The translations under genes and the position numbers were made by a program. The notes below the pieces were generated by a model that saw nothing but the letters and a program-made list of their open reading frames with translations, searched no databases and was not told where the DNA came from. A DNA stretch of 64,000 bases from Spirochaetia bacterium (GTDB taxonomy: Bacteria; Spirochaetota; Spirochaetia; DSM-27196; Salinispiraceae), in NCBI GenBank assembly GCA_038204425.1, contig JBBRCZ010000001.1, positions 320,001 to 384,000 of the forward strand. The letters run 5' to 3'. Positions 29,101 through 38,612 of this stretch are shown here, piece by piece (position 1 is the first letter of the stretch; every line of letters begins with the position of its first letter).

Positions 29101-31171
29101 AGTTAAAAAAATTAGTATCGGTGGACCTGACAACCTTTTTTTTGTTCAAGAAAATATCAATCTTAATGCCGGTACTTGGTACCAATTTGAAGCCGATTTA
29201 ATTGGCCTTATCTTAAGCATTTACAGCCAAGAGGGCTTACTAATTGAAAGCTTTAATTTGGCCCGACATGGCTTTTCTGACGCCACAATTGACTATGTAA
29301 CTATGGATCTCTTTTTTAACAGTGCCAACAGCGGAACGCTCTACTTGGATCATTTTCAGTTACAAAAACCAATTGCCCGAAGCATTGCCCAATTTAACGC
29401 TTTGCTCAATTGGTCTTTGCCAGGCCTCATATTTGGGAACCAAGAGTTTGCGATCTTGCAGGACCTTAGTATTCGCCAAATTGCTCGACTAAAGGGTGGT
29501 TCAGTCGTGGCGGCTAACTACCAATCGTCCGATCAAAACACGCTTGGCTTTACTATAGATGGAGAATATGGCTTTACCCTGCTCTATTTAAAAACATTAA
29601 TTGGGCTCAAGGTAGATTCCCTTTTTGATCAAAGCCCTGCTCTTTTTAGGTACGCTCTTGCGTTTCCCGCAATTCCTGATAGTCCTATCACGGCCAAGGA
29701 TTCATTTTCATTCGACCCTTTGTCATTGATGGCCCGCTACTCTCGAAAAAACTCACTGGAGTTCCTGTTGAAGCCCTTTTTATCAAGCAATTTTGAAACC
29801 TTGATTGCACTGAGCGACGGACAGTTGAGTCGTGAATATGGAATAGCTTTGTCACTTCAACCGTCTGAAGACCTTGGTTTTTCTGCCAAGACTACCATCA
29901 ACCAATCATCACTTCATGACGGCCAACAGTCGGATTTTGGCAACGCGTGGGGCTACAGTTGGGACCTGCTAGTCAACAATTTGGAAGACCAGGTATTTTT
30001 GAGGTCCAACCGCCTGTTGGCCGGATTTTTTGCAAAAGGTAGCCAAGAAAAGCTCCAACTAAACATCGATTTGGGCTCAGAGCACCGTTTGGGGTCAATA
30101 GTTTTGCCCAAGGCACAATTGTTGACGTCGCTAAGTCTTGGCAACGAAGCCAGTGGCTATATTTTTTCTACTAGCTATGTCCGTACACTTGAGACCTCAC
30201 GCCCTCCAAGAGAGTTGGACTTGGCCACAGACTACACTGATGTTTTCTATCCGCTTAGTTATCTGCAAAGTTATACCTTTGGTGTTCCGTTTTATGAGTT
30301 GTGGGCAGATGACCGCAATGCATTGCTTGCGCAAGAAAACGTAAATGGTGGCACCATCACCTGGGCGGCAACAAGCAAGTTCTCACTCTCTCGCTCACTA
30401 GATCTTACTGCTCTGTCCTTGATTTTTCCCAAGACTATTAGCCTTGAATTTGCAAGGCGCATTATTAGCGAAACAGCACAGACTTCTGACCGTTGGGGTC
30501 TGCAGTTTAAGAGTGAATGGCGCGCGCTAAATCTTTTTGGGACTTTTGGAAGCAGTAAATCGGTTGAGTTTTATGAAAGCGATGATTTTTCTTACTATAT
30601 TTCCGGATCTTTTGAATGGCCACGAATTGGCGAAGCAATACTTAATTTGGCAGAAGGCATAAAAATCCAGCTTTTTGGCCTCAAAATGGATGGAGAGAAT
30701 AATAACTCTTGGAAGCAGGTCAGGGATGATATTGCAGGACTACTTGACTTTGGCAGTGTGGCGAGCTTGAGCATCAGTCAGGATCTTGTCTACCGCTACG
30801 ATGAATACGAAAGTCTTAGTCAACGCTACGGCATTGAGTTTACTTGGGCAGCCGACCTTCCACCATGGTCGCCAGAAATCGTCGGAAAAGCATCAGTGAA
30901 GTCTGCCTACTTAATCAACAAGGAACAGTTCAGCCTGCAAATTAATCCAGAAAGTCGAAGCCTAAAATTTGAGCGTTCCCTTTTTCCATCGACTGCATTG
31001 GCTAGTCAAAATGATGGTATTTTGTTTTCAATAAAGCATGGCAGTCACCTAATTTTTCCAGGACTTGCCAGGATTAGTGCAGAACTAGGCATAGGCTATG
31101 GGCAAGACTACAGCGGCCTAAACGCACGCCTTGGATTTTTTGCGCGCATAGAAGCTCAGATTAAGCTATAG
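26168..31171 (+). CDS. Very large exported, probably outer-membrane protein; candidate SprA/Sov homologue
   Basis: Signal peptide ending PELLMA-Q, amphipathic beta-strands in the C-terminal third, motifs IEFWVRTPF...LFVQVGILSEDLD...GEDRNGNGILE. The CDS is certain, the family call is inference. Start is 26168 or 26201. Confidence 0.6.
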   Translation: MSRRKTKNVLLMKLQVWLCIATALFLLLLPELLMAQTSVNAPPDEATSTYIEEQLKIIEAEQSKRALFSASIGDANVEFFLSGSWRTGIGASLIVPLGNLPNNKDYLTGFTDEPWFNQAKLLLSVWYDQKFFLDLSISETEIADRFLLGYKDIKQQDGLYQWLLGNQEIGVPNYGQVPFSLGADSSPGTLFSLRNENAELHLMSRIVGRSNIVEYFKGVAPQNKLVIKPESFRKGQFFVGPYQKTSSMLVYVQSTQGSLASDGNYYQVMTPEDFLYFVPEQSKFGLKKNASSRVILVYQTAGDASPQLFANIENSGDFNFGSPIEFSLLDESLFATKVLRPLASYYGWNLDTISANPSDLFLTIEGNVGLLIFEPGLFSPFEDYSWYSSGGLNGQIELSSSNGIIFPSQVRFSFLQVIAQGSQDALLARYPLIQTDLGDLYLPTGIAPSHSYLEALAAQGKAGNVLNLSQKALPASINVKVNGLINYVWQLDDQGRNLSLNTVEARDTVIVSYQIDEKNSLSRSLQVAASGKYSLSPLDQLKAGIAMEVPILTDPLNQSISNGIVASGIEFEHTSLDKLFRLNLSTNFSVTIPDSSRLVTLQSYEDDQYVFLTDEAIALPSALPSLSQINAAISQGSYLTQNASQNPGPPLSEFGQANRAFSVKKTIAHTSGQLAGWRSDGDLSTQTIPAEVGPYLANNEGDDPFYSNVLVSSFLASADRNTASFELRLPFENRSLLDQTKGIEFWVRTPFTDADLDLFVQVGILSEDLDQDNQLDQLDSNLQGLILRHPDWIESVIVKNNERDILAKGEDRNGNGILEQENSNAVDTRYVGRLNASSSGVWRKVVISRLNPGSQGAAQAIRFFFRSADNNQDGTADDALSGTVLLGGFSLLLPIPDSTQSSSATVSSSISDNVSLQNTLNSNFPSASSNGSKMASVVYQANLGEQISIRQNIGNRTLDDGSLLTWFAFFDDNQAPPSVKKISIGGPDNLFFVQENINLNAGTWYQFEADLIGLILSIYSQEGLLIESFNLARHGFSDATIDYVTMDLFFNSANSGTLYLDHFQLQKPIARSIAQFNALLNWSLPGLIFGNQEFAILQDLSIRQIARLKGGSVVAANYQSSDQNTLGFTIDGEYGFTLLYLKTLIGLKVDSLFDQSPALFRYALAFPAIPDSPITAKDSFSFDPLSLMARYSRKNSLEFLLKPFLSSNFETLIALSDGQLSREYGIALSLQPSEDLGFSAKTTINQSSLHDGQQSDFGNAWGYSWDLLVNNLEDQVFLRSNRLLAGFFAKGSQEKLQLNIDLGSEHRLGSIVLPKAQLLTSLSLGNEASGYIFSTSYVRTLETSRPPRELDLATDYTDVFYPLSYLQSYTFGVPFYELWADDRNALLAQENVNGGTITWAATSKFSLSRSLDLTALSLIFPKTISLEFARRIISETAQTSDRWGLQFKSEWRALNLFGTFGSSKSVEFYESDDFSYYISGSFEWPRIGEAILNLAEGIKIQLFGLKMDGENNNSWKQVRDDIAGLLDFGSVASLSISQDLVYRYDEYESLSQRYGIEFTWAADLPPWSPEIVGKASVKSAYLINKEQFSLQINPESRSLKFERSLFPSTALASQNDGILFSIKHGSHLIFPGLARISAELGIGYGQDYSGLNARLGFFARIEAQIKL

Positions 31172-31272
31172 CTGGCCAAAAGTTATTAGCTACAACAAAG
31201 TAACGCTTTTTCAAATAATACTGGAAAAAATAACTTAACTGGTTATAATTGCTTAGTGGAGGAAAAGCTCTT

Positions 31273-32625
31273 ATGAAATTTAAATTTGTCATAGGTTTAT
31301 GCTTAGTGATACTTGCTGGTGCACTCTACGCCGAAGAGGCACCAGCAATACCGCCTATTGATCCTGAGGTCTTGGCCGATTTCGGCCTTAATCTTGATCT
31401 GGGCTATGATAGTTTTACTGACCCGCTAACCGGTCAAAGTATCGGTTGGCAACGAATAGGCTTCAAACCGGACCTTAAGGTTGGCGAGTTTGGTGTTGGC
31501 TTGGATATTGACTTTCGCTACCGTTTTAACGGCGGAGCTGACGGCAATACCTTTGAACTAAGAGAAGGTGACTGGGTGCCCGATCCCGAAAGGAACTTTT
31601 TTGAAGTCTATTTACCCAAAATTCGCTATTTGAGCTACGGTTCAAAAGGTTCTCCAGTCTATCTGCTTTTTGGCAACGTAGAGAATGGACTGCTCGGAAA
31701 CGGATTTATTGTTTCTAGCTACAAAAACACTCTCTATCAACCTGAGCACAGAGTATTTGGTGCGAGTTTTGATCTCGACTTTGCTGCCGTGCAGTTTCCC
31801 TATATCGGGTTTGAAACCATGGTTGCAAACATAGCAGCGTTTGACCTTTTGGCAGCTCGCATATATTTTAGGCCGCTCGCTGGAACTGACATACCGTTGT
31901 TAAAAACTTTACAGTTGGGAGTTACTGTCGCGGCAGATAGTAATCCCTATTACTATAATGATCTTACAAAACTTACTCCACCGAGTGAGGCGGTTGTAAT
32001 GTGGGGAGCAGACCTTAAAATACCAATAATTGCCGAGAAAGACTTTGGACTTTCATTCTTTGGTGACATTGCAGGTCAGAAAGAATCAACCGGCGGCCAG
32101 TTTGGATTGGGCGGAAGCATAGCTTCTATTGTCAAGTACCTTGCCTTAGTTCGACTGACGCAAGATAATTTTCTGCCCAGCTACTTTGATTCTAGTTATG
32201 ATATTTCTAGAGAACAAAAATATGCAGTCTATACAGGAGCAGCTACTACCCCCGGTGGTGCTGGTTGGTTGGTTTCGTTGGGATTAGACATTCCTGAAGG
32301 TGTATTATTTTCGGCAATCGTCGACGGTCCATTTGAACCCAATTCGGCTATTCCGTTTATGAACCCAAATCTCAAGATCATATTGACCATATCCGACGAA
32401 CTACTCGGTGGTTTTGGCATCAACGCTTACTATACTAAAAAAGACATAACCAGTTTTGAAGCCTTGATTGACCCAACTAATGCAGTCGTAGGCGCTAGCA
32501 TTTCGTATAAGGCAGGCCCTGCAATAATTCGTTTGGTCTACGACCTCAAGTATGACCCATATTCTGTAACAGACCAAAATTGGACAGTCAACTCAAAGAT
32601 TGAAACGTCCATTGAATTGTTTTAA
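31273..32625 (+). CDS. Probable outer-membrane beta-barrel protein
   Basis: TATAAT and SD GGAGG upstream, signal peptide ALYA-EE, alternating beta-strands, C-terminal Phe (IETSIELF). Confidence 0.7.
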   Translation: MKFKFVIGLCLVILAGALYAEEAPAIPPIDPEVLADFGLNLDLGYDSFTDPLTGQSIGWQRIGFKPDLKVGEFGVGLDIDFRYRFNGGADGNTFELREGDWVPDPERNFFEVYLPKIRYLSYGSKGSPVYLLFGNVENGLLGNGFIVSSYKNTLYQPEHRVFGASFDLDFAAVQFPYIGFETMVANIAAFDLLAARIYFRPLAGTDIPLLKTLQLGVTVAADSNPYYYNDLTKLTPPSEAVVMWGADLKIPIIAEKDFGLSFFGDIAGQKESTGGQFGLGGSIASIVKYLALVRLTQDNFLPSYFDSSYDISREQKYAVYTGAATTPGGAGWLVSLGLDIPEGVLFSAIVDGPFEPNSAIPFMNPNLKIILTISDELLGGFGINAYYTKKDITSFEALIDPTNAVVGASISYKAGPAIIRLVYDLKYDPYSVTDQNWTVNSKIETSIELF

Positions 32626-32631
32626 GGAGGA

Positions 32632-34830
32632 ATGAATATGTATCGCATATTGTTTTCCCTGTTTCTTGTTCTTGGCTTAGCGAGCAATATTTTTGCTCAA
32701 TCTAATGCCAAACCATCGGTAATCTTGGAGTACTTTGACGATGAGTCGCAAATTGTGATTCTTGACATTGATGGCTACCAAATTCAAGACATTTATCTTG
32801 GCATGCCGCTTATTGCTGGCAAGATACAAACCAAAGGCACAACCGCTGAGTTGCGCATTCAGCCAAACGGTACGATCATAAAATTGGCTCGCAATACCCA
32901 ATTTCAGATTAACAATCTTCCGAATGCTAATTCTCAAGTGAACGATTTTACCGTTCTTGCTGGAAAGATTAGGACAGTTGCCGCCAAAGCAAGCGGCAAC
33001 TCTTATCGTTTTAATACACCCACGGCAGTATGCGGAGTTAGAGGTACTGATTTTGGCTTGGAAGTCCTCAATGGCATCGAGCGACTGTTGGTACAAAGTG
33101 GAGTAGTGGAGTTTGCCAAAAAGACCGGTGAGACTTTACGTTTGGGTGCTGGTCAAGGCGCCGATGCGAGAGCACAAAGCTTTATTGCTGCCGCCCTAAC
33201 TACCCAAGAACTATCAGACTTTTTTGGGCCATTGTCGTTCAATGCACTTGATCCTAGCCAAGTTCCTCAAGATCAAACTGTTACTTTGGCTTCAACAACG
33301 ACCAGCACAACTATTGTGGCAGCAAACAGCAATGTTGTTGATACCAATCCAGTTGACACAAGTGGAGGCGCAGAAAACGAGGCAAAATCTAGTGCAAGTG
33401 CGCCTTCAGCAGCTGATAGCGAGTTACTCAAAGCCCTCAAGAAAGCATTGGGGCTGGAAATTGGTAGCATTACCATTGATGGTGATACTTACGGAAAGCT
33501 GATTGTAACGCCAAAAATTGACACACCCGATTTCAAAATGGGCTTCTACTTGCCAGTTATCTATCAGAACGACCTTTTTGATATAGGCAACTGGTATAAG
33601 CCAAACGGAAACAATGAATGGTCTTTTGGAACCGATCAAGGTGAAGATGTTCTATTGATTATTGGTGACGTTTTAACCGACTTGGTTTTAAAAATAAAGT
33701 TCCTGCAACTTTATGAAGCAGGTGACCCATTTTTCATTGGACTCGGATCCTTGGAAGCAATGACTCTAGGTCACGGATTCTTAATTGGTGAGTATGCCAA
33801 CGACCTGGATTTTCCAAGCATCCGCAGAGTTGGTTTAAACATTGGATTTGACGTAGGTGGCTTTGCTTTGGAGGCTTTGACGAATGACCTTGCACGTCCA
33901 GAAATATTTGGTTTAAGGATGCTAGTTAGACCGGCCCATCCAGACTTCAACTTTGGCATAGGATTGTCTGCAGCTCTTGACATCAATCCAGCTAGTTCTC
34001 TTCCTGCGATATATCAAACACAGAAAGACGCTCAACCTATGTTCTTTAACTACGGGGTAGACTTTGATCTTCCTGTTTTTAAGGACGACAGCTTTGGCCT
34101 TTTGATATATGCCGACGTTGGTGGTTTGATCCCAATTGTAGCAAATCGCTATACGACAACAGGTGGAACTATAATCGAACCCGGATTTGTTGCTAGCCAG
34201 GTTGTTGGTCTTGTCGACGGCGAGCTGCGTTGGCTTAACTGGGGATTTGCAGGTGGAATCAAAGGTAAGATATTGATTCTTGACTATAAACTGGAGTTCC
34301 AGACTTACAACGGTAACTTTATTGCCAACTTTTATGGCAATGCTTATGACCGAGTGCGTGGTCAAAGAGCACAAGATGTCTTGGCGTCATTGGATAATAC
34401 AAGTTTCTTTGCTCAGCAACGGTCCGGTATCTATGGTGAGTTAGGCGTAAATTTGTTTGACGTAGTTTACCTAAAGGGAGGTTACAAATGGCCTTGGCTA
34501 ATGTTGCCAGACGGATTTGATATTTCTAACCCCGACGAGTTCCTAATAGAAGTTAATCTCAACAAAGAGATGATACCCTATGGAATTGATGTGGGGCTAC
34601 AAATAAAACGTAGCTACTTTAAGGAACTCTTCATTCAACCAGAAAAGTACATGTTCCTCGATGCCTACACTACCTTCTCGGGTACTGTTGATGTTCCGCT
34701 TGGTGACTTCTTTAGCATAAGGGCAACTGTTGGTACTGCACTAAAGAAAGACTCAGAAGGAAACATTGTTGTCGATACAAATGGAATCCCTCAGGTTGCA
34801 CCAACCTTTACACTGGAGACAGTATTCTGA
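32632..34830 (+). CDS. FecR-domain protein fused to a probable outer-membrane beta-barrel
   Basis: SD AAGGAGG, signal peptide NIFA-Q, FecR motif FNTPTAVCGVRGTDF, Ser/Thr/Ala linker, barrel region paralogous to the preceding gene, C-terminal Phe. Confidence 0.78.
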   Translation: MNMYRILFSLFLVLGLASNIFAQSNAKPSVILEYFDDESQIVILDIDGYQIQDIYLGMPLIAGKIQTKGTTAELRIQPNGTIIKLARNTQFQINNLPNANSQVNDFTVLAGKIRTVAAKASGNSYRFNTPTAVCGVRGTDFGLEVLNGIERLLVQSGVVEFAKKTGETLRLGAGQGADARAQSFIAAALTTQELSDFFGPLSFNALDPSQVPQDQTVTLASTTTSTTIVAANSNVVDTNPVDTSGGAENEAKSSASAPSAADSELLKALKKALGLEIGSITIDGDTYGKLIVTPKIDTPDFKMGFYLPVIYQNDLFDIGNWYKPNGNNEWSFGTDQGEDVLLIIGDVLTDLVLKIKFLQLYEAGDPFFIGLGSLEAMTLGHGFLIGEYANDLDFPSIRRVGLNIGFDVGGFALEALTNDLARPEIFGLRMLVRPAHPDFNFGIGLSAALDINPASSLPAIYQTQKDAQPMFFNYGVDFDLPVFKDDSFGLLIYADVGGLIPIVANRYTTTGGTIIEPGFVASQVVGLVDGELRWLNWGFAGGIKGKILILDYKLEFQTYNGNFIANFYGNAYDRVRGQRAQDVLASLDNTSFFAQQRSGIYGELGVNLFDVVYLKGGYKWPWLMLPDGFDISNPDEFLIEVNLNKEMIPYGIDVGLQIKRSYFKELFIQPEKYMFLDAYTTFSGTVDVPLGDFFSIRATVGTALKKDSEGNIVVDTNGIPQVAPTFTLETVF

Positions 34831-34847
34831 TATCAACTTAATCCATA

Positions 34848-36578
34848 ATGGATGAGTTACGATCTGCCGGCAGGATTCAAATCTTGCCGGCTTCTATTGC
34901 CCACAAAATTGCAGCTGGCGAGGTAATAGACCGCCCCCAAGCCGTAGTAAGAGAACTTCTTGACAATGCTATTGATTCTGGTGCAAGCAAGATTGACGTA
35001 ATGATTCGTGACGGTGGTACCCAAAGCATCGTGGTACAAGACAATGGGTCTGGCATGTCACAAGCGGATGTACAACTCTCATGGCACAATCATGCAACTT
35101 CTAAAATTAGAACTGAAGGCGATCTCTACAACATTAAGACTCTTGGCTTTAGGGGTGAAGCCCTTGGAAGTATCGCTCAGGTCAGCAGGCTTACCATTAG
35201 TAGCAATGATGGTACCGAGGGTGCAACACTAACCGTAGAAGGCGGAAGCAACCTTGGCATGGCACCGTATGCCGGTTCCAAAGGAACCAGAATTGAAGTA
35301 AACAATCTCTTTTATAACCTTCCTGGCAGAAAGCGATTCTTAAAACGGTCTTCTACCGAATCGTTGATGGTTAAGCAGATTTTGGTAGATAAGGCCCTTG
35401 CCCACCCCCAGATTGAGTTTAGATTCTACAAGGATGACAAACTCGATATGTTCTTACCTAGACAAGCAAGAGAAGACTACCAAAGCCGGCACGCGGCACT
35501 TTATAGCGAAATTCCGCAGACATTACGATTCTCAGTTTCCGAAACTAGCCAAGATGTAAACTTTACTTTTGTTGGTACTTTTCCAGATATGTTTCGCCAC
35601 GATAGAAAAGAGATCCAAATTTTTGTAAATAATCGAAGGGTTCAAGAATACACGCTCGTGCAAGCAATCGAACAGGCCTACAACAGTTACTTGCCCGGTG
35701 GTCGCTACCCTTATGGTGCTTTGTTTCTTTCGATCAAACCAGAGCTTATTGATGTCAACATTCATCCAGCAAAAAAAGAAATAAAAATTCAGAATCTTCG
35801 AGAAATTCATGGTTTTGTCTACCGTAGGATTGAACGAGCTATACGCGACAGCCAAGCACCCCTCATTGCTGATAGCCAACGCAACGTTTATCAGATTGCT
35901 GCCGATCAAACTCAACAACAAATAGACTTGGGTTTAAGGCCAGTGCAGTTCTATGACTTGCAAAAACAACTAAATGTACCCATCGCATATGAAAAGAAAT
36001 TTGATTACACAATTCAGCCAAAAGAACTTCCTTCGTTGGCAAACGGTGTCCGCTATTTTGGTGTTCTATTTGGACTTATGTTGTTGTTTGAACAAGCAGA
36101 AAGCTTTTTTTTGCTCGATATGCATGCCTGCCATGAGCGGATACTTTTTGAAAAGTATCGCAGTGATGGACGCAGACAAAAACTTTTGATTCCTATTGTT
36201 CTTGATCTAGAGCATGAAGAAACTGACCAGGTGATCTCGATCCGAGACAAGCTTGAATCAATCGGCTTTACTACTGAGAAGCTGGACAATTCTTTGGTTT
36301 TCAGTACTGTTCCAGTTACCATGAACCTGAGCTCTCAAGAAGTATCAGCGATAATAAGGGAAACACTCTCGGATTTCGAAAGTTTAGAGCGAGAGCTCTA
36401 TGCCCAAATGGCATGTAGAGCTGCAATTAAGGATGGTGACAGAATAGATCAAGATTTTGCGCTTGAAATGTTTGAAAAAACGATGCTTTTGGCCGAGCAT
36501 CGTTGCCCGCATGGTAGGCCTCTTTACTTGCGCTACAGCCGGGGTAGTCTATGGCAAGCCATAGGTAGGGAAGTTTGA
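34848..36578 (+). CDS. mutL: DNA mismatch repair protein MutL
   Basis: KIAAGEVIDRP, ELLDNAIDSGA, DNGSGM, HATSKI, GFRGEAL, DVNIHPAK, DMHACHER, ACRAAIK, CPHGRP. Confidence 0.98.
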   Translation: MDELRSAGRIQILPASIAHKIAAGEVIDRPQAVVRELLDNAIDSGASKIDVMIRDGGTQSIVVQDNGSGMSQADVQLSWHNHATSKIRTEGDLYNIKTLGFRGEALGSIAQVSRLTISSNDGTEGATLTVEGGSNLGMAPYAGSKGTRIEVNNLFYNLPGRKRFLKRSSTESLMVKQILVDKALAHPQIEFRFYKDDKLDMFLPRQAREDYQSRHAALYSEIPQTLRFSVSETSQDVNFTFVGTFPDMFRHDRKEIQIFVNNRRVQEYTLVQAIEQAYNSYLPGGRYPYGALFLSIKPELIDVNIHPAKKEIKIQNLREIHGFVYRRIERAIRDSQAPLIADSQRNVYQIAADQTQQQIDLGLRPVQFYDLQKQLNVPIAYEKKFDYTIQPKELPSLANGVRYFGVLFGLMLLFEQAESFFLLDMHACHERILFEKYRSDGRRQKLLIPIVLDLEHEETDQVISIRDKLESIGFTTEKLDNSLVFSTVPVTMNLSSQEVSAIIRETLSDFESLERELYAQMACRAAIKDGDRIDQDFALEMFEKTMLLAEHRCPHGRPLYLRYSRGSLWQAIGREV

Positions 36579-36596
36579 TCCTTTCCCTAGCTATGG
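36559..36596. terminator. Hairpin at the convergent mutL/TPR gene ends
   Basis: CCATAG-G-TAGGGAA...TTCCCTA-G-CTATGG stem spanning the mutL stop; no U tract. Confidence 0.4.
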
Positions 36597-36609
36597 TGAC
36601 TACCATGGT

Positions 36610-38601
36610 CTATATCTTAGAGATAATCTCTTCCAATTTACTTCTTTCACTGTAGTCTGGCTTTTTCTGAAAAAGAGATTGCCAGGTTTTTTTGGCTTCG
36701 TCATTCTTCTTCTGACCCAAGTAGATGTATCCAAGTTGCTCATAAGCGGGCCAAAAGTTGGGATCCACCTTGATGACGCTCTGGATGGTTACCTCTCCTT
36801 CTACCCACATTTCGGCAGCAACATAGGCAAGTCCGGCATTGTAGCGGATTGAAGAACTATTAGGAGAAGCTGCAATGGCTTTTTTTGCGTGCTCGATACT
36901 TTTTGGAAACATCTTCTTCATTCGATATACGGTAGAAAGATTATTGTTAACCTCGGCACTATTGGGTTCTGATTCCAAGGCTTTGACTAAGTTAGTGAGT
37001 GCCGAATCAAATTCACCTTCTTCGGTTTGGATAGCAGCAAGTTCTATCCTAGGCTTGGCATAGCTTGGTTTAATTCTTATTGCATTGGCAAAGAAACCTC
37101 TCGCCTTGACAGAGTCACCTAGGTTTTTGGTTACCAATCCCAGTGTATATTGGGCTTCTGCAGAGTTTACATCAAGTTTGACTGCTTCAGCTGCATAGCT
37201 CAATGCCTCAGAATCTTTGCGTTGGTTCACCAAAACAGTAGCAACATTATAGTGATTGATAGACAATCTTGGTTCACTCTTGACAGCGATCATAAAATAG
37301 CCCAGAGCCTCGGAGTCTCGATTCTGTTGGAATAGAGCAAGTCCCAAAGTGCGGTTAAAGCGTGCATCCTCGGGGGCAATCAAGACAGCTTTGCGCAGGC
37401 TTGAAGTCGCAGCATCAACATCACCCTTATTCCTCAAAACTTCGCCCATTCTGAAGTGAGCCAAAGCGTAGTCTGGTTTTAGAACGCTTGCGTTTAAGAA
37501 TGAATCATAAGCCTCATTGTTCCGGTTCAATTGCACATAGGAAAGTCCAAGGTTGAAGAAGGCACGCTCGTTCTGACTGTTTATTTGCAAACTGGCCCGG
37601 TAGGAACCTGCTGCCTCACTAAACTGCTTATTGTCATACTGGGCGTTTCCAAGCTCAAAGAGTATATCAGCATTGTTTGGATTTAGTTCTCGTGCCTTAG
37701 AAAAGTCTCTGATTGCTTGCGCCAGTTGTTTAAGTGCTTGGTTAGCAAGACCCCTAATAAAATGGGCTTCCCATAGCGAGTTGTTTTTAGCTATTGCTTT
37801 ATCGGTTAGTTCAATCACTTGTCGATTGCTTGCTGCATCTCTAGGATTTTCGCTATAGATCAACTTTGCCTGTTTTGAGAAGACAGCTGCGTTATCAGGA
37901 TCAATTGCGCTAGCTTGCTGAATTTTTGACCGTGCAGAAGCAAAATCCGATCGCACAATGGCTTGATCGGCTTCAAGCAAAAGGGCACTGATTTTCCGCT
38001 GCTTATCAGCTTCGTCTTGGGTGAGCTTAGCCAAACGTTGTTCTTCAAGTCTGCGCGCACTTGCATCGTCTGCTATTCGTTTAGCATCTTCTTCTTTTTT
38101 TTGTTGGGCAAGTTGCTTTGCCAACTCTAACTCAGCTTCTTTGATACGCGCCTGAGCTAACCTTTCGTTTGCGGCGGCTTCTTTTGCAAGTGCCTCAGAG
38201 CGCAGAACGTCGGCGTTGTTGTTTGAATTGGTGTTCTGATTCTGCCTATTTAAGTTGGCTAAGGTCTGTTGCAACAATTGATTCTGTAAATTGGCGTCAT
38301 TGTTTTTGTCAGAATTGTTGGTGCTCAACTGGGCTTTCTTGAGGGCGATTATTTGATCTCTTATTTTTATGGCTTCGGAATCGTTGGAGTTCTGCAATAA
38401 GACTTGATCAACAAGATTTAGCGCACGATCAAATTCACCTTGACTGGCATAATCTAAGGCAAGTTTGAGCGTGTTTTGTCGGGCGCTATCACTGTCTTTT
38501 CCGCCGCCTAGTCCAATTCCCATAACAACCGCTAATAGAATCACTAGAGCCAAGCCAGCTACGATTAGGACAAGCCGCTTATTGCTATTCTTTTTTTCCA
38601 T
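36610..38601 (-). CDS. Membrane-anchored TPR protein with coiled-coil linker
   Basis: N-terminal TM, Asn/Gln-rich and charged coiled coil, about 12 TPR motifs (e.g. AFFNLGLSYVQLNRNNEAYDSF). Confidence 0.88.
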   Translation of the reverse strand: MEKKNSNKRLVLIVAGLALVILLAVVMGIGLGGGKDSDSARQNTLKLALDYASQGEFDRALNLVDQVLLQNSNDSEAIKIRDQIIALKKAQLSTNNSDKNNDANLQNQLLQQTLANLNRQNQNTNSNNNADVLRSEALAKEAAANERLAQARIKEAELELAKQLAQQKKEEDAKRIADDASARRLEEQRLAKLTQDEADKQRKISALLLEADQAIVRSDFASARSKIQQASAIDPDNAAVFSKQAKLIYSENPRDAASNRQVIELTDKAIAKNNSLWEAHFIRGLANQALKQLAQAIRDFSKARELNPNNADILFELGNAQYDNKQFSEAAGSYRASLQINSQNERAFFNLGLSYVQLNRNNEAYDSFLNASVLKPDYALAHFRMGEVLRNKGDVDAATSSLRKAVLIAPEDARFNRTLGLALFQQNRDSEALGYFMIAVKSEPRLSINHYNVATVLVNQRKDSEALSYAAEAVKLDVNSAEAQYTLGLVTKNLGDSVKARGFFANAIRIKPSYAKPRIELAAIQTEEGEFDSALTNLVKALESEPNSAEVNNNLSTVYRMKKMFPKSIEHAKKAIAASPNSSSIRYNAGLAYVAAEMWVEGEVTIQSVIKVDPNFWPAYEQLGYIYLGQKKNDEAKKTWQSLFQKKPDYSERSKLEEIISKI

Positions 38602-38612
38602 TATTTCCCCCG

